From Narcine bancroftii (lineage: Eukaryota): a stretch of 64,000 nucleotides of DNA. The notes beneath the pieces are model-generated. The model was not told the origin of the DNA and made no database searches. It was given only the letters and a program-made list of their open reading frames with translations. Positions 39,983-53,880 of the stretch are shown here, piece by piece; the stretch's first letter is position 1, and each line of letters opens with the position of its first letter. Location: contig NC_091477.1 in assembly GCF_036971445.1 (NCBI RefSeq), positions 35,898,001-35,962,000 of the forward strand, in the 5' to 3' direction. The position numbers and the translations under genes were made by a program.

Positions 39983-40341
39983 CAGTGGATTTCAAATATT
40001 TTATTTCCATTCACATACCACCTTAAGGAATCCCTATGTCATCGGTGCTCTGTGATTAGTAAGGGATTCCTTAAGGTGATATGTGGGTGGAAAGAAAAAT
40101 TTGAAAACCACTGTTTTATTTGTACCTAATTGACTCGTATTGTGCACAGTTTCATAACTCCAAAGGAAATGGGCCAATGACAAATTTTCTCGAGCAAAAT
40201 ATTTCAGTAACAATTGGGTCTAGAACAGTGATTCTCAACCTTCCCTTCCCACTCACATACCACCTTAAGCAATCCCTTACTAATCACAGAGCATCTACAG
40301 CATAGGGATTATTTAAGGTGGTATGTGAGTGTAAAAGAACC
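39983..40341. mobile_element. Composite element: two palindromic hAT-type MITEs plus spacer
   Basis: Units 39983-40113 and 40226-~40341 (cagtggttctcaacc-type ends) flank a 112-bp spacer; the same arrangement occurs at 48145-48454. Confidence 0.8.
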
Positions 40342-40439
40342 CAGAGTTTTCCACAGGAGCAGTGCACTTCTGATGTGTTGGTTCACATTTCTCTCCAAAC
40401 CAATATTCAAACCACATGCAAGGGGTCAGCAATTTAGAT

Positions 40440-41000
40440 GCCAGAATTAGAATTTATAGTTATGAACAGGTCACCAAATGTGTTGTTTTGTAGTAGGCAT
40501 CACAGCGCAAATATTGTTATAAAATTACATTAAAAATAAATAAATTAGTGGAAAAATAAGAGAAAGCGAGGTAGTGCCTGTGGTTCTTGTCCATTCAGAA
40601 ATCTGATGGCAGAAGGGAAGAAGCTGTCCCTGTGCCTCTGGGTGGGTGCTCGTTTTCATGCTCCTGTACCTCCTTCCCAATGATAGTAGTGCCAAGAGGG
40701 TATGGCCTGGTTGGTGGGGGTCCTTGAGGATAGTAGCTACATTCTTAACACACCGCCTCAATGGGGTGGAGACTGATGCCTGTGATGGCACTGGCCGAGT
40801 TCGCAACTCTCTGTACTTTTTTTCCTGTCCTGTTCATCGGCACCTCTAAACCAAATGGTGATGCAACCAGTCAGAATTCTCTCCACGGTACACCTGTGAA
40901 AATTTTCAAGTCTTTGGCAGTCTACCAAATCTCCTTAAACTCCTCACCAAGTATAGCCACCAGCGAGGGCTTTTTGTGATTTCACCGAGAGGATGGCGAT
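40440..41000 (-). mobile_element. Rex1/Babar LINE 3' fragment
   Basis: ILKDPHQPGHTLLALL.LGRRYRSMKTST on the minus strand. Confidence 0.8.
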
Positions 41001-41069
41001 GTGTAGAATACGTTTCCAAAATTCAAATTGATTGCAGTGACTTCAGTATCTTCTGGTTGTGCGGTGCTA

Positions 41070-41995
41070 GAACAACAACCTTACTTTAAATGTTAGCAAG
41101 ACCAAGGAGCTTATCATGGACTTCAGGAAGGGGGCATGCAACTGTTGATGGCAGTAGCAAAATGAATTCTGAGGCATACAGAAACATCTGCTCATGTTTG
41201 AGCAAGTGCCTCCAAACTCATGGTGGTGCTTCATCCTACAGTAAGGCAATGATTCCAAAAATAGTGCTAAAGCAACTAAAGAATTTTTCAAAGCTAAAAT
41301 CCACCTGTCTTCATTGGCAGTAGTGGAGAGGGTTAGTACTAGGGAGTCCACATATTGGAAGGCCTCCCTTGGAGCCACCACAGAGGTACACCAATGCCTC
41401 TGGTTTCTAAGAAGCTTGAGGAGGTTTGGCTCATCTTCAAACACTTTTTCGAACTACAGATGTAGTGTGGAAAGTATACCGACTGGTTGCATTACCATCT
41501 GGTTTGGAGACTTGAGAGCCCAGGATTGCAGAAGGCAGCAGAAAGTGGAAAACTCAGCCAAGTCCATCACGGGCTACAACTTCCCATCCACAGAAGGCAT
41601 CTATGTGAGGCGTTACCTCAAGGAGGCAGCCAATAACAGGATCTCTCACTGCACTGGTCATGATTTCTTTTCACTGCACAATCAGGCATAAGTTACAAAA
41701 GCATCACTTGAATAGAGTTTTATTTTCCCCACCAGCTATCAGACACTTAAACCTACCTGAACCATCCAAATCAGTCTGCATTATTAAAATATCACTTTTT
41801 CTTACACTAACTACAGCTGTAAACATTTATCTGCTTTTTAAAATATTTATTATCTATTATTCTGTCCCATGGTGCACAATCATAATTTATAAATTAAATT
41901 GTTGTTGTCTGTGCATCTTATATACATGTTGTGGCTGCAGTAAGTCAGAATTTCAGTGCATCTCTATATTGTACTAGTATATATGATTATAAACT
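41070..41995 (+). mobile_element. Rex1/Babar LINE fragment interrupted by a Tc1 transposase piece
   Basis: NNLTLNVSKTKELIMDFRK before the insertion and HQCLWFLRSLRRFG...ESIPTGCITIWFG after it. Confidence 0.8.
41140..41300 (+). mobile_element. Tc1 transposase internal fragment
   Basis: DGSSKMNSEAYRNI and FILQ*GNDSKNSAKATKEFFKAK resemble the Tc1 DDE region (QQDNDPKH motif, decayed). Confidence 0.75.
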
Positions 41996-43530
41996 CTCAC
42001 ATCATATCAAAGTTAAAATCAAAGCCACTTATGAATAGAAGATCTGACTTAAAAGAATAATTTAGTTACCATGAAATAAGGGCACTAGGGAAATCAGCTC
42101 CACACCCAACACTACTCTGTAGACAATTTCTTCAATTGGAAAAGCAGGTCTTGGGTGACAAAAACTGGGAGTCAGTTGGATCAGGGCTATTTGTGGTGAT
42201 TATAGCTCACAGAAATAGAGATGGAGGAAGATGTGAGTGGACACCAAGTTATTCAGGGGAGAATCTACCTGGAAGATGACAGAAGCCTTGAACCCCACAA
42301 AGTGGAACAGGACAAGTTTGCCCAGCTCTGCTATTATTTACCCTCCTGTTTAAGACCTGCTTTAGTCTTCTGTCACGACTGAAAACACACAAGAATCAAA
42401 GCAAATTGTTGAGATTGTCTGCATACAAGTTAATGCAATAAATTTGTTGGACTATGCAATAGAATTGTTGGATCTCTTGCTTTCATGCAGAGAATTGCAA
42501 AATCAGATAATGTTGAGACAAGTCCGAAAACTGAAATCTGAATGTCAGACCTCATATTTTCAAGGGATTGTTGATGTTTACTCATGATTGCTTAATTGTA
42601 CTCAGATTTCAACAGGCTTCAGCGGTCCTTCATGATTTGCCATATTTTTCTTTAAAAAAGCAGGCTGCAACAGGATATACGGTACCAAAAATATTTAAAT
42701 ACTGTACAACATTTCTCTGCTTCTACAAACACTAATATGCAATCATTTCACACAAAGGCAGCTTCAAGATAATAATATTAAGCTTTCTGGATGACAAACT
42801 TTAACAACTAATAACTGATTGGCAACATTAATCTGTTCAGTTGGATTATTTTCAGTTTATGTTATTTCTCTTGCAAATTGATTGCAAATGTATCCCATTA
42901 AATGGGGCAGAAATCGAGAGGCAGAATTCTGCTGCTCAGGAGTTACCCACGAGAACTTTTATCCACAATTATGTGCAAGAAACAACGAGATCCAAGCAGC
43001 ACAAAAACCGCATTCTTCACTGGTCAGTAACAATTAAAGAAGAATTGTTCTTTTTTAAAATGGTGGCACTGCTGGAGTTGGTGCAATGAAAGCACTGTGG
43101 CAGCTGAGGACCCGTAGAGAGTCGTGAGAGGAGACAGTCTCCTCTGGAGGGTTCTCCTGCCCACTCCAACCACCGACAGCTCCTACAGGCATTAAACAGC
43201 CTGTTAAAGAAGCTGAGTATTTCATTTTAAAATCCTGTGACTGCGGGGTCTGGTACCAGGATGATGGCACCTGTGCTCGGCAACGACCTTGAAGGGTTGT
43301 GGGCTATGGGGATGCAGAGGACTGGAGCAGGGTACAAAATAAAAAGTCAAAAACACCCCCTGTTTGAGAAGGAGAAGCAGAGGAGACGACCCTACGGGTG
43401 CAGAGCAGTGAGGGTCTCAGTGGCTGAAGAACACGTAGGTGGTGGGCTTTTGGCATCTCAAGGTGAGGAACACATGCAGGCAGCGGGCTGCTGGAGACTT
43501 GTGGTCAAAGGACACACACCAGGCTGCTGG

Positions 43531-43785
43531 ACAAAAAACACAACGCTGGAGAAACTCAACTGGTCCAACAATGTACTTTATATAGCAAAGATAAAGATGA
43601 AAAAAATGTTTTCAAACCTTGATGAGGAGCTTGAGCCTGAAATGTTGGTTATGTGCCTTTATCTTTGTTATATAAAGTACACTGTTAGACCAGCTGAGTT
43701 TTTCCAGCATTGTGTTTTTTTGTCCAGAAGTCTGCAGCCTGGCATGTGTCCTTTGACAGTGTCTGCAAACTTTCGGGTTTTACTG
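43531..43785. mobile_element. Palindromic Penelope-derived element
   Basis: acacaacgctggagaaactca ... tgagtttttccagcattgtgt inverted ends; ccttgatgaggagcttgagcctgaaatgttggt core. Confidence 0.75.
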
Positions 43786-45304
43786 CAGACTGCTAGAGAC
43801 TGGCTCGAGATTGGCTGAAGGGGTAGCAGGCATCGAAACTAGGATGCAAGAGGATGATGAGGGCGGGAAAGGCTCCCGAGTGGCTTTGGGCGTTGATGGC
43901 TTCCTGATCATGTCAGAGGTTTGGATCTGGAACTTGCATTGCTGCTGAAGTCTATGTGGCTGCAGAGGCCATGGGAGTGGAGCAGGCAAATCCTCGGACA
44001 CTCGGTGACATGACTCTCTCTGACTTTAAGGGGTGCCAGGCAATTGCTGCGGATGCAATTTCGTGCAATATTACATCTGTTTTGTTACATAATAAAAGAA
44101 ACCTGAATCTTAACTTTGTGAAATGAGTTTAAAATATTTTTGATTTGGATGCAGGGACGGGTGAAAATGCTTGGATCCTATGATTATGTACACTTGATTC
44201 AAACATATTCTTCAACTCCTATATCTTTATCTCCTATGGTCACTGCAAAACCTGCTGAGTTCATCTGACACTTCTGCATTTTTATCTTGTAACTCAATCT
44301 GTTTTACCAAATTTTCTTTGAATGATGAGCCAGAAGCATTCAATTCAGTTTTCCTCAGAATTGCACTCATTAAAATCATGGTTTTAAAAGGTGGTTATAT
44401 TCTCACTGCTTGCCACCTTATTGAACGTACTGGTGTGTACGATGGACCAATACCTCCTGTCTTTCTCTTGAAGTGGATGTGGCATTCAGAGATACTTACC
44501 CAAGTATGGAAGGAAACATTCAAACTGAATGATAATGAAGAAGTAATATCATATATGTTTTCATCGCTTCCTTAATAATGTTGTATTGATTACACCAGTA
44601 TTTTAAATGGTCATCTGCAGCTCATATAATCTACATGTCCATCAATTGTGATTAAAATCAGGGACAGGTAAGAGATCAAAACTGGGAAAAGACTGATTCA
44701 TCAGTTGAAAGCCAAGAACTTGGAAGATATGGGAGAAGAGAAAGAAGGCAGCAATTGGTTCTTTGAAATTGAAGTATTAACGTGATGCCAACGTAGTCAA
44801 TGAACACACAGATAATGGGCAAAGTGAACATAATGCAAATTATGTTTTCGGCAGTGGAATATTGGAGTAGGAGGGAAGTGCGAGTGGAAGGACAGCAGGG
44901 AAAAGTTGAGTTTAGAATTAAGAAAAGCATAGATGAAGGTTACAGGAGCAGATGAACCACAGTTTGTTTAGGCAAAATAAAGTTTAAAAAAATGTACTGC
45001 AGACATTCTTAGTGATGGAGTGGAAATGCATTCAGGAGTTTGTCTCAAGATCAAGAGAACAAGGTCCTGGGTAGTAAAGTTACATCCAATCTTCAAAGAG
45101 GGATGAAGACTGTGGGCAGGTATGGCAGGCTTCAAAAATAATTGTTTTAATTTTCCCAGTAAAACCCTGTCATCCAGAATTCACGCAACCAGCACAAAAA
45201 AAACCCAGAAGTTTAAAATGGACATGCCTCGCCGTTAGTTCACTAATTAATCTCGAGCAACTGAAAAATTCACTTATCCTGTGTCTAGCAATTGCCATAA
45301 GTAA

Positions 45305-45632
45305 AAAAAAATGACACAATGCAGGGCAAGCACAGCTGGTCAAACAGTTGTCCTTTATGTAACAAAGGTAAAGAAACATAACCAACGTTTCAGGCTTGAG
45401 CCCTTCATCAAAGTGTGAGAAAAAGCCGGCAATAGCCAATCGCCATAGATGCCAGACACCAGAGGTATTACTGTATTTAGTTGGAGGAAGTTATTCCTTG
45501 AATATTCATTGAAATACCCACTTATTCCTTGAAGAAGGGCTCAGGTTCGAAACGTCAGCAATATATCTTTGTCTCCTGTGGATGCTGAAAGACTGGCTGA
45601 GTTCGGTGTGTTTTTAATTCACCCATTACAGG
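45305..45632. mobile_element. Two Penelope-derived arms in inverted orientation
   Basis: Left arm 45305-45420 and right arm 45525-45632, each with a ttga(t/a)gaagggctca..g...gaaacgt motif. Confidence 0.7.
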
Positions 45633-46055
45633 TTGCAAAATAAGCAGTATGGCCATGCAAGAATCATATTTGACAGCAGCGAGAGATGTTTGGTGCCAGT
45701 ATGTTTGTGAGCTACAGAAGCATGCAGATGAGAAACAGATGGGAACCAAGGACAGATTCTCATGTCAGCACAGAATGAGAAGGGAAGCCATTCTTTACAA
45801 TTCCCTGGCTGTGATGACAGATAAACATATGGAAACAGGAGTCTTCTAATTTCTGGGAATTGGGTTGAGCAGAGCAAATTGAACAGCAGTCAGACAATGA
45901 TATTTAACGACTTCTCTCCCAGACTTTTAAAAAAAGCTGCATCCAAATATTCCACGCCTGAGTGGAGCCAACAGAAGCCAACATCAGGTTTCCTGTCACC
46001 AGCTAAAGTCCAATCGTGACAAGCGTGTAGGGTGAATTTTCACTACTGCCTAAAT

Positions 46056-46150
46056 CAGTGGTTCTCAACCCTTTTTCTCCCCCCAATCACATACCACCTT
46101 AAGTAATATCTTTCTAACCACAGAGCATCTATATGCATAGAGACCCACTA
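46056..46150. mobile_element. Single copy of the hAT-type MITE unit
   Basis: cagtggttctcaaccc...cacataccaccttaag, the same as the units at 40226 and 48309. Confidence 0.7.
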
Positions 46151-46679
46151 GCCTAAATAGTACCACGACACTCATTTTGAAATGGATTTATGTTTACATC
46201 ATGTCTGCAGAATGGAGTTGAAATACAGCCTTAAACCTTACATCAAGAAGAATGATTTTTCTTATTTGAGCTAATCTACCCCTCCCTCCACCTCCACCCC
46301 CCCCCCCCCCCAAAAGATCTGGCCCACTGTTTCCATCTCTTCTTTACCAACTCCTGTATTTTTTTTTCTCTCTCTCTCCCTAACTTTTCTTTTTCCACAC
46401 CTGCTTCCAAATGGTTTCTCGCTCTCTCTCTCTCCCTCCACCTCCCACACCTTCTGTTTGATACACTATCCCTCCCCTGGCTTCTTTCCCCCACTGTATC
46501 TTGGTCTTGACACATGGTTTTGACTTGAAAGGTTGACTGACCATTTCTACCTGTGGGTGGTGTCTGACCCGAGTTCCTCCAGCAATTCTTCGTATCCTCA
46601 GGATTTGAGCATCTGTAATTTTTGTGTTTCTCATCAGTCCCATCAAACTGAATATAGAAGGGAAGGTGCTGGAGAATTG

Positions 46680-47045
46680 TGAGATCAATCACACTAATTG
46701 CATCATTCAGGTCAATTAGGTTCATGAGAGATTTTATTTCCAGGCTGCAAGAGAACGTGCTGAAGGACGCACTTAGGCTTGGCCCAGCCAAAGTAAGGGT
46801 ACTGAGGCGAAGGACCACTGTCTAGAGTCCTTCCATTATGGGCATTGAGAGGCTGAGACAGAGGGAAGCCCCTCAAACAAGAGAGTAATGACAAGATGCC
46901 AGAGTGGTGCTAATGGTACTAAATAGGGAACAAATGTACTTTGATGGAAATGTACAGCTATAACACAAAAGATATAAAAGACTTTGAACATTTCCTTTTT
47001 TTGTAAATAAAATATTGTGAATAAACTTTATATATGGGAAAAAAA
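46680..47045 (+). mobile_element. Tx1-like (L1 group) LINE 3' end
   Basis: LQENVLKDALRLGPAK...RTTV* resembles the Tx1 ORF2 C-terminus; followed by aataaa and an A-rich tail. Confidence 0.55.
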
Positions 47046-47479
47046 ATATTTCTTGATAGTGAACTCAACACTTAATCTGGTGCACTTATTGCTTTGAATT
47101 TATACTGAAGTAGATGATTGAGGTGATTGAGCTTGCAGGAAATCCCTTGGCTGTTGCCCTAGCAATTCAGTTCACATGAATTAGAATTATCAATATTTTC
47201 ATTTGCAAATAAGTAATGTTTACCCTGAAGTAGAGGAAGAGTATACTTCCAGGAACAGAGAATGTCATTTGATTATGGACAAAATGTAGTTATTCTTCTT
47301 TATATCGAGAAACAGAAATTTATGAAACTGTAGTTTTTTTTTAAATTAGAAGTAAATGATGATACAAGTGTATTTATTAGTATATTTTGAGAAAAGACTT
47401 GGGACATCTGCAATTTTAGACAGAACTTTACAATTGCACTTTCCCAAACACTTACTGTGCCACTAGTCTGACCATAACA

Positions 47480-48989
<1,510 letters not shown>

Positions 48990-49349
48990 TTAAGAAATCA
49001 TATGTTTAAATATTTTTCAAGTTTACAGAGGGAATTGCTGAATACAAATACTACTTCCGCTCATGAAAAATGCATGAAATCCTTGTCTACTTCTCACTTC
49101 AAAAATATTTGCAAACTACAGTAGAACTGTTGTGAACAAAATAATTTGATTTGCTTCATGGACACCTGGTAAATGATAAGTGCTCACCAGTCAGGATGGA
49201 TGTCTCCATGCTGTTTTACTCAATGACTCAAATGACCAACTGGTCAGTACAGAAATATTTATAGCAAATGCTTTTCATGGAGCCATTTGCTTACTTGGAA
49301 AATAGTTACTCAGATGAGATAGATTGGGAGGCATCTGAAACAAAGAACT

Positions 49350-49582
49350 TTAAATTTTTTTAATACAACATGGTAACGGGCCCTTTTGGCCCATGAGCCC
49401 GGGCCGCCCAATTACACCCAGTTGACCTATGACCTGGTATGTTTTTGGAGAGTGGGAGGAAACCAGAACACCTGGAGGAAACCCACTGAGATACAGGGAG
49501 AACAAAGAAATTCCATAGAGACAGTGCCCGGATTTGAACACAAGTTGCTGGCACTTGTAGCAGTGTGGCACTAACCGTTATT
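49350..49582 (-). mobile_element. tRNA-derived V-SINE/HE1-like SINE
   Basis: The minus strand has A-box/B-box-like ggttagtgc...gttcaaatcc, a V-domain-like gtgggtttcctccaggtgttctggtttcctcccac and a CR1-type tail. Confidence 0.8.
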
Positions 49583-50419
49583 GGACAAAACAAGAGATCA
49601 TAAACACAAACTTTTCAGTGCATTTTAAATTCTCTGTCTTTGTAAATAGTAATTTTGCAAATCAAAGCAGTTAACACAAAAAAAAAGCGTTGAAGGTATT
49701 TGACCATTTTCTCTTCCCACAGCGGACAAGAAAATTCTCCAAAATTAACAATTCATAGTTTATTTTTAATTCATTACATCAAAAGGTACGAGTGGCTTCA
49801 ACAGAATTTTCCTCCAACATCCTGCTTTGTTACATCAGAGGAAGCTACTGTCACTTCCTCCAGTACAGTTTGTTAGTCTGGATATGACTGTGAATGACTC
49901 AAAGGTTTGCCAATGACACCAATAGTGGTCATGCTGACGGTAAGGAGGGTTGTCTATGGCTTGAATTGATCAGACAGAGAAATGGTCATGGAATTCCTCA
50001 ATTTTCCTGCCTGCCACTACGTTACAATATACATGAAATTCTTGGCTGCGAAGAATGCCGAACCTGTGCAAGTTGTTGATTGGGTTTATTTTCTTCATTT
50101 GACAATTATGCTTGAATTAATATGATTAAAAGCTCCTTCATCTACATTGTCCACTCTCCTGTTAGATGCATAATAGATTTGAGTGGGGAATGACTGAGAA
50201 TTCTACTGCGTCTCATTTGGTTGTCACTTTTCTTTCTCCCAACTACTGCTGAAACAATCCTTTCAAGCAAGAAATTACTGGAATTTCGTGACCCTGATCT
50301 GATACTTTTTGAGCTATTTGAGAACTATAAAATTTAATATTTAATTGCAGCCAAAACATTTTCATAAATATCCATGTTTAAGGTACAAAATATGGCAAGG
50401 TGTTGCAAAGCAGAATAAA

Positions 50420-50812
50420 TCACAAGATACAGGAGCAGAAGTAGGACCAGTGGCTCAATGAGTCTGCTCCGCCATTCCAATCATGAGCTGGTCCATCTAA
50501 CCACTCAGCCCCACTCCCTGGCTTTCTCCTTGCAACCTTTGATGCCCCGACTAATCAAATACCTGTCAATCTCTGTCTTAAATACAATCAACAACCTTGC
50601 TTCCACAGCTGCCTGTGACTCTAATTTAGGGACTTCATAGACTCTAACTAATGTTTCCACATCTCTGTTGTAAAGTGGTGACCTTTTATCTTGAAATTAG
50701 GCCCTCTTGTCTTAGAATCCCCTAGCATAGGAAACATCCTTGCCACTTCTACTCTGTCCAGGCCTTTCAGCATTTGAAATATCTCTGAGGTCCCCTCATC
50801 CTTCTGTACTGG
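50420..50812 (-). mobile_element. CR1 LINE 3' fragment
   Basis: EIFQMLKGLDRVEVARMFP...KTRG..FKIKG on the minus strand, plus 3'UTR. Confidence 0.8.
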
Positions 50813-53744
50813 ATCTGCCCAAAACACCTTCATCAGCGGTGCCCGCTGGGTCATCGGCAGTAGTGCGCAGATCACAGCACACTTGCAAACTTCCTGACAA
50901 GACTAAATCTTTGATTGGACAGTTTTTTTTTAGTAGATTGAATGTGAAAATCTGCTACTTTTTTTTGGATGTTTTTATATTATTGGATTGTTGTTGAGAT
51001 GTTATTATAAGTTTTAGGAGTAGACAAGCTAATGACACCATTGTTCTTTTGTATTTGGGGCATGTTGGATTTTTTGGAGGGGGGGAGGTGTTGTAATCTG
51101 AGCTGTTTTAAAGTGAGGCTGGGAGGGGTTTAACTTCCTGTTTGTCTTCTTTACTTCCTATCTGCCTTCTACATAGCTTGGAGGCCATGCTGTGTGTAAG
51201 AGGAAGAAGATAAGCCTCTTGTGTGCATACGTGGTTTTTCTGCTCCATATAAAAGTTATTATTTCGACCTTGAAGTTGTCGAATGGTTCATTCTCAAAGT
51301 AGAAGTTACCACAGATCACATCACCGCACCCTGAAGGAATAAACAAACAGCCACTGACCCAACTTCTCCAACTATAGCTGAATCACAGGAAACAAATCCT
51401 GATGCTGCTCCTTTCATTGTAATCCTGTAGCCTTTAAATTGTTTTCTTTATACCACTTTAGGGAAGTTAGAGATAAACTGCCAGGCCATTTGCAGAAGGA
51501 CCATTCTCACTGTACTAGGCATTTTGTGACACATAAACTTAAATTTGTGTGTTGGAAGTTAAAAACAATTATTAAAAAAAAGACTCAATTATATGTGAGC
51601 AGTTCTGGACAGACAGGCCAATGAAGCTACCAAGCAATTTCCTAAGAAATATTTTTAAAAGGGAAGGCTGGTTGAGCTGTGTGAACTGGGTGGGCCGAAT
51701 GGCCTCTTTCCATGCTGTGTCTCTCAGTGATTCTAGTTCACCCATGTTATGTAACCCAATCGTTGTGGCAACATCTTCTGAATTTTTTTTCATTACCATC
51801 ACAGTGTTCCACGATTATAACCGGACCCACCAATTCTTGCCCTCATTCATTCACCTCCTCCCTAAATTAATCTAATCAAATAGAGTCAGTATGGTTTAAT
51901 ACTTTGACAAATTCTTTGAAGATCATTTGAGAAAGTTTCAGCAAGGATAGGGGAACCGTTGGTCATATCGCATTTGGACTTCGGGAAAGTAAGACACAAC
52001 GTGTCTCAAAAAAGGTTAAACAAGAGTCTCTGATATTGGAGGTAAAATAGTGCCATGGATAGAGAGCTGGACAACAAGCAGGAAGCAGCAAATCAGGGTC
52101 AGGGTTATTTTCGGATCGGCAACCTAGGATCAATGCTCGGACCAGATGTTTTATGATATACATTAATGACTTTGAGAAATGTAGAAGATATACAAAAGAC
52201 AAACCCAACAAAAGAAAAAAATATAAGGGGGGGAGGGGTGAGGAGGGTAGAGAGATGTTCGCAGGTTAGGTGAGAAGGCAAAAATTTGGCTAATGTGGAA
52301 AATTTGTAGTTGATAATTTTGGGGGAAAAAACCAAACTGAATATTCTTACAATGAAGAAAATAGCAGAGTAAGTGGTAGCACAAAGGTCTGTGCTGTTCA
52401 TTGGTCCGACCTTTGCTTGGAAGGGGTGTACTTGGAGCTTTTTGTAGAACTACATAGCTTTGATCAGATCATTTGTTCTGAATTTATTATTTTGGTACAT
52501 AAGCTGTCCTGTATTAACATTTCATCATGTTGCCAGCTCACTTTTCGAGATGTCTGGTGCTGCCCTGACATTCCCTTCTGCACTCTTCATTGAACCAGGG
52601 TTAATCCGATGCATTGGAGAGTGAAGGATGTGGTCCCAACATAAGGAAATGAAAATAGTGTGAATGGAAAAATGGGAAGAAGGACTCATTTCTGTGCTGA
52701 ATCGCTCCACAGCAAACTACGAAATTTAAGATTGTGGTGGTGTACTACAGTCACTGATGGTCCACAGAACTTCATTGATACACAGTGTTAAGCTATCGGA
52801 CCAGAATCTATGTCACTGGGCATAATTATAGAGCCTGCCAATGCAATAGAGATATGTTTGGTGTGAAGCAAGGACTTTGTTCCCACAAACATTTATGTGG
52901 TGACTTCTACCAATTTTATCAATGATACGTACACTTGTCAGTTAAATTGGTGAGGATGAGATCAAGTATATGTAACCCTCATGTTAGCTAACTTACTACC
53001 TGCTGAAGATCTAGACTAGCCTTTCTCACAGGGCCCCTACACCACCCCCCCCATGTCCTGCGCAGGACATCCCCACACTGATCCCACCACCCCGCTCTCT
53101 CCCCACAGCCCTATATCAGTCCCCTGCGCTGACAGCCCACGCCGGCCGCCCCACAGTGTGAGGACTGATATAGGGCTCTGGGAAGAGAGCAGGGCAGTGG
53201 GATTAGTAGGGGGACAGCCTGCGCCTGCTGCCCCAGCAATGACAACCCACGCCGGCTGCCCCTGCCCTGATGTCCCGTGCCGGGGGGCAGAGGCTGTCAG
53301 GCGCTCGCCAGCTGATTGTTATCCCCTTAGCAGCTGCTTTCAGGCGGCTGCATTCAGGTGCCGGTGGGGGGGGGGGAGAGACACCTCAGTTCTCCGGCGA
53401 TTATCCCTCCCGGAGGAGGGTTACAAAGTTCACCTCGCATGCTCATGCTCCTCCTGCACTTTCAAGTGGCCTCCCGACAGTCGCATATGGGCATAATATG
53501 CGGCTTTACATCGGGGGATCTTGGCCATCTGAAGACATGTGTGATGTTACTTGACGTTAAAGACACAATGTGAACCGATGAATTTCATCTAATTTTTAAA
53601 AAAATAACTTTTTTTCAAAGCATTGTGAAGATGATTCAGATGGATTACACTCAAAACATAAACAGATATTGATTAACCTGCTGAGTGATACCAAATTAAT
53701 CTGTTGACAGATATCACCTCTTCAAAAACAACAGAACATACTCA

Positions 53745-53880
53745 ATGCCTTGATGGAGGGCTCAAGTCCAAAATATCGGTTATATCTCTTTATCTTTGCT
53801 ATTTGTTTGACCTGCTGAGTTTCTCCAGCATTGTGTTATTGCGTTTTATCAACGTTGCCCTGTTCTCTGCTTCTGGACTT
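53745..53880. mobile_element. Right arm of a Penelope-derived element
   Basis: ccttgatggagggctcaagtccaaaatatcggttat...gacctgctgagtttctccagcattgtg. Confidence 0.7.

Noticed and set aside
43237-43818. 193-aa ORF
   Set aside because: Runs across an unclassified repeat and a nested Penelope-derived palindrome; no protein-family signal.
44494-44620. GTAAGT donor and CAG acceptor pair on the gene strand
   Set aside because: Immediate stop in the host frame, weak pyrimidine tract and no other support.
46276-46818. 180-aa minus-strand ORF
   Set aside because: Spans a Tx1-like tail (antisense) and low-complexity purine-rich repeat sequence.
49500-49582. tRNA gene
   Set aside because: The A/B-box-like sequence is the head of a SINE; no complete cloverleaf is apparent.
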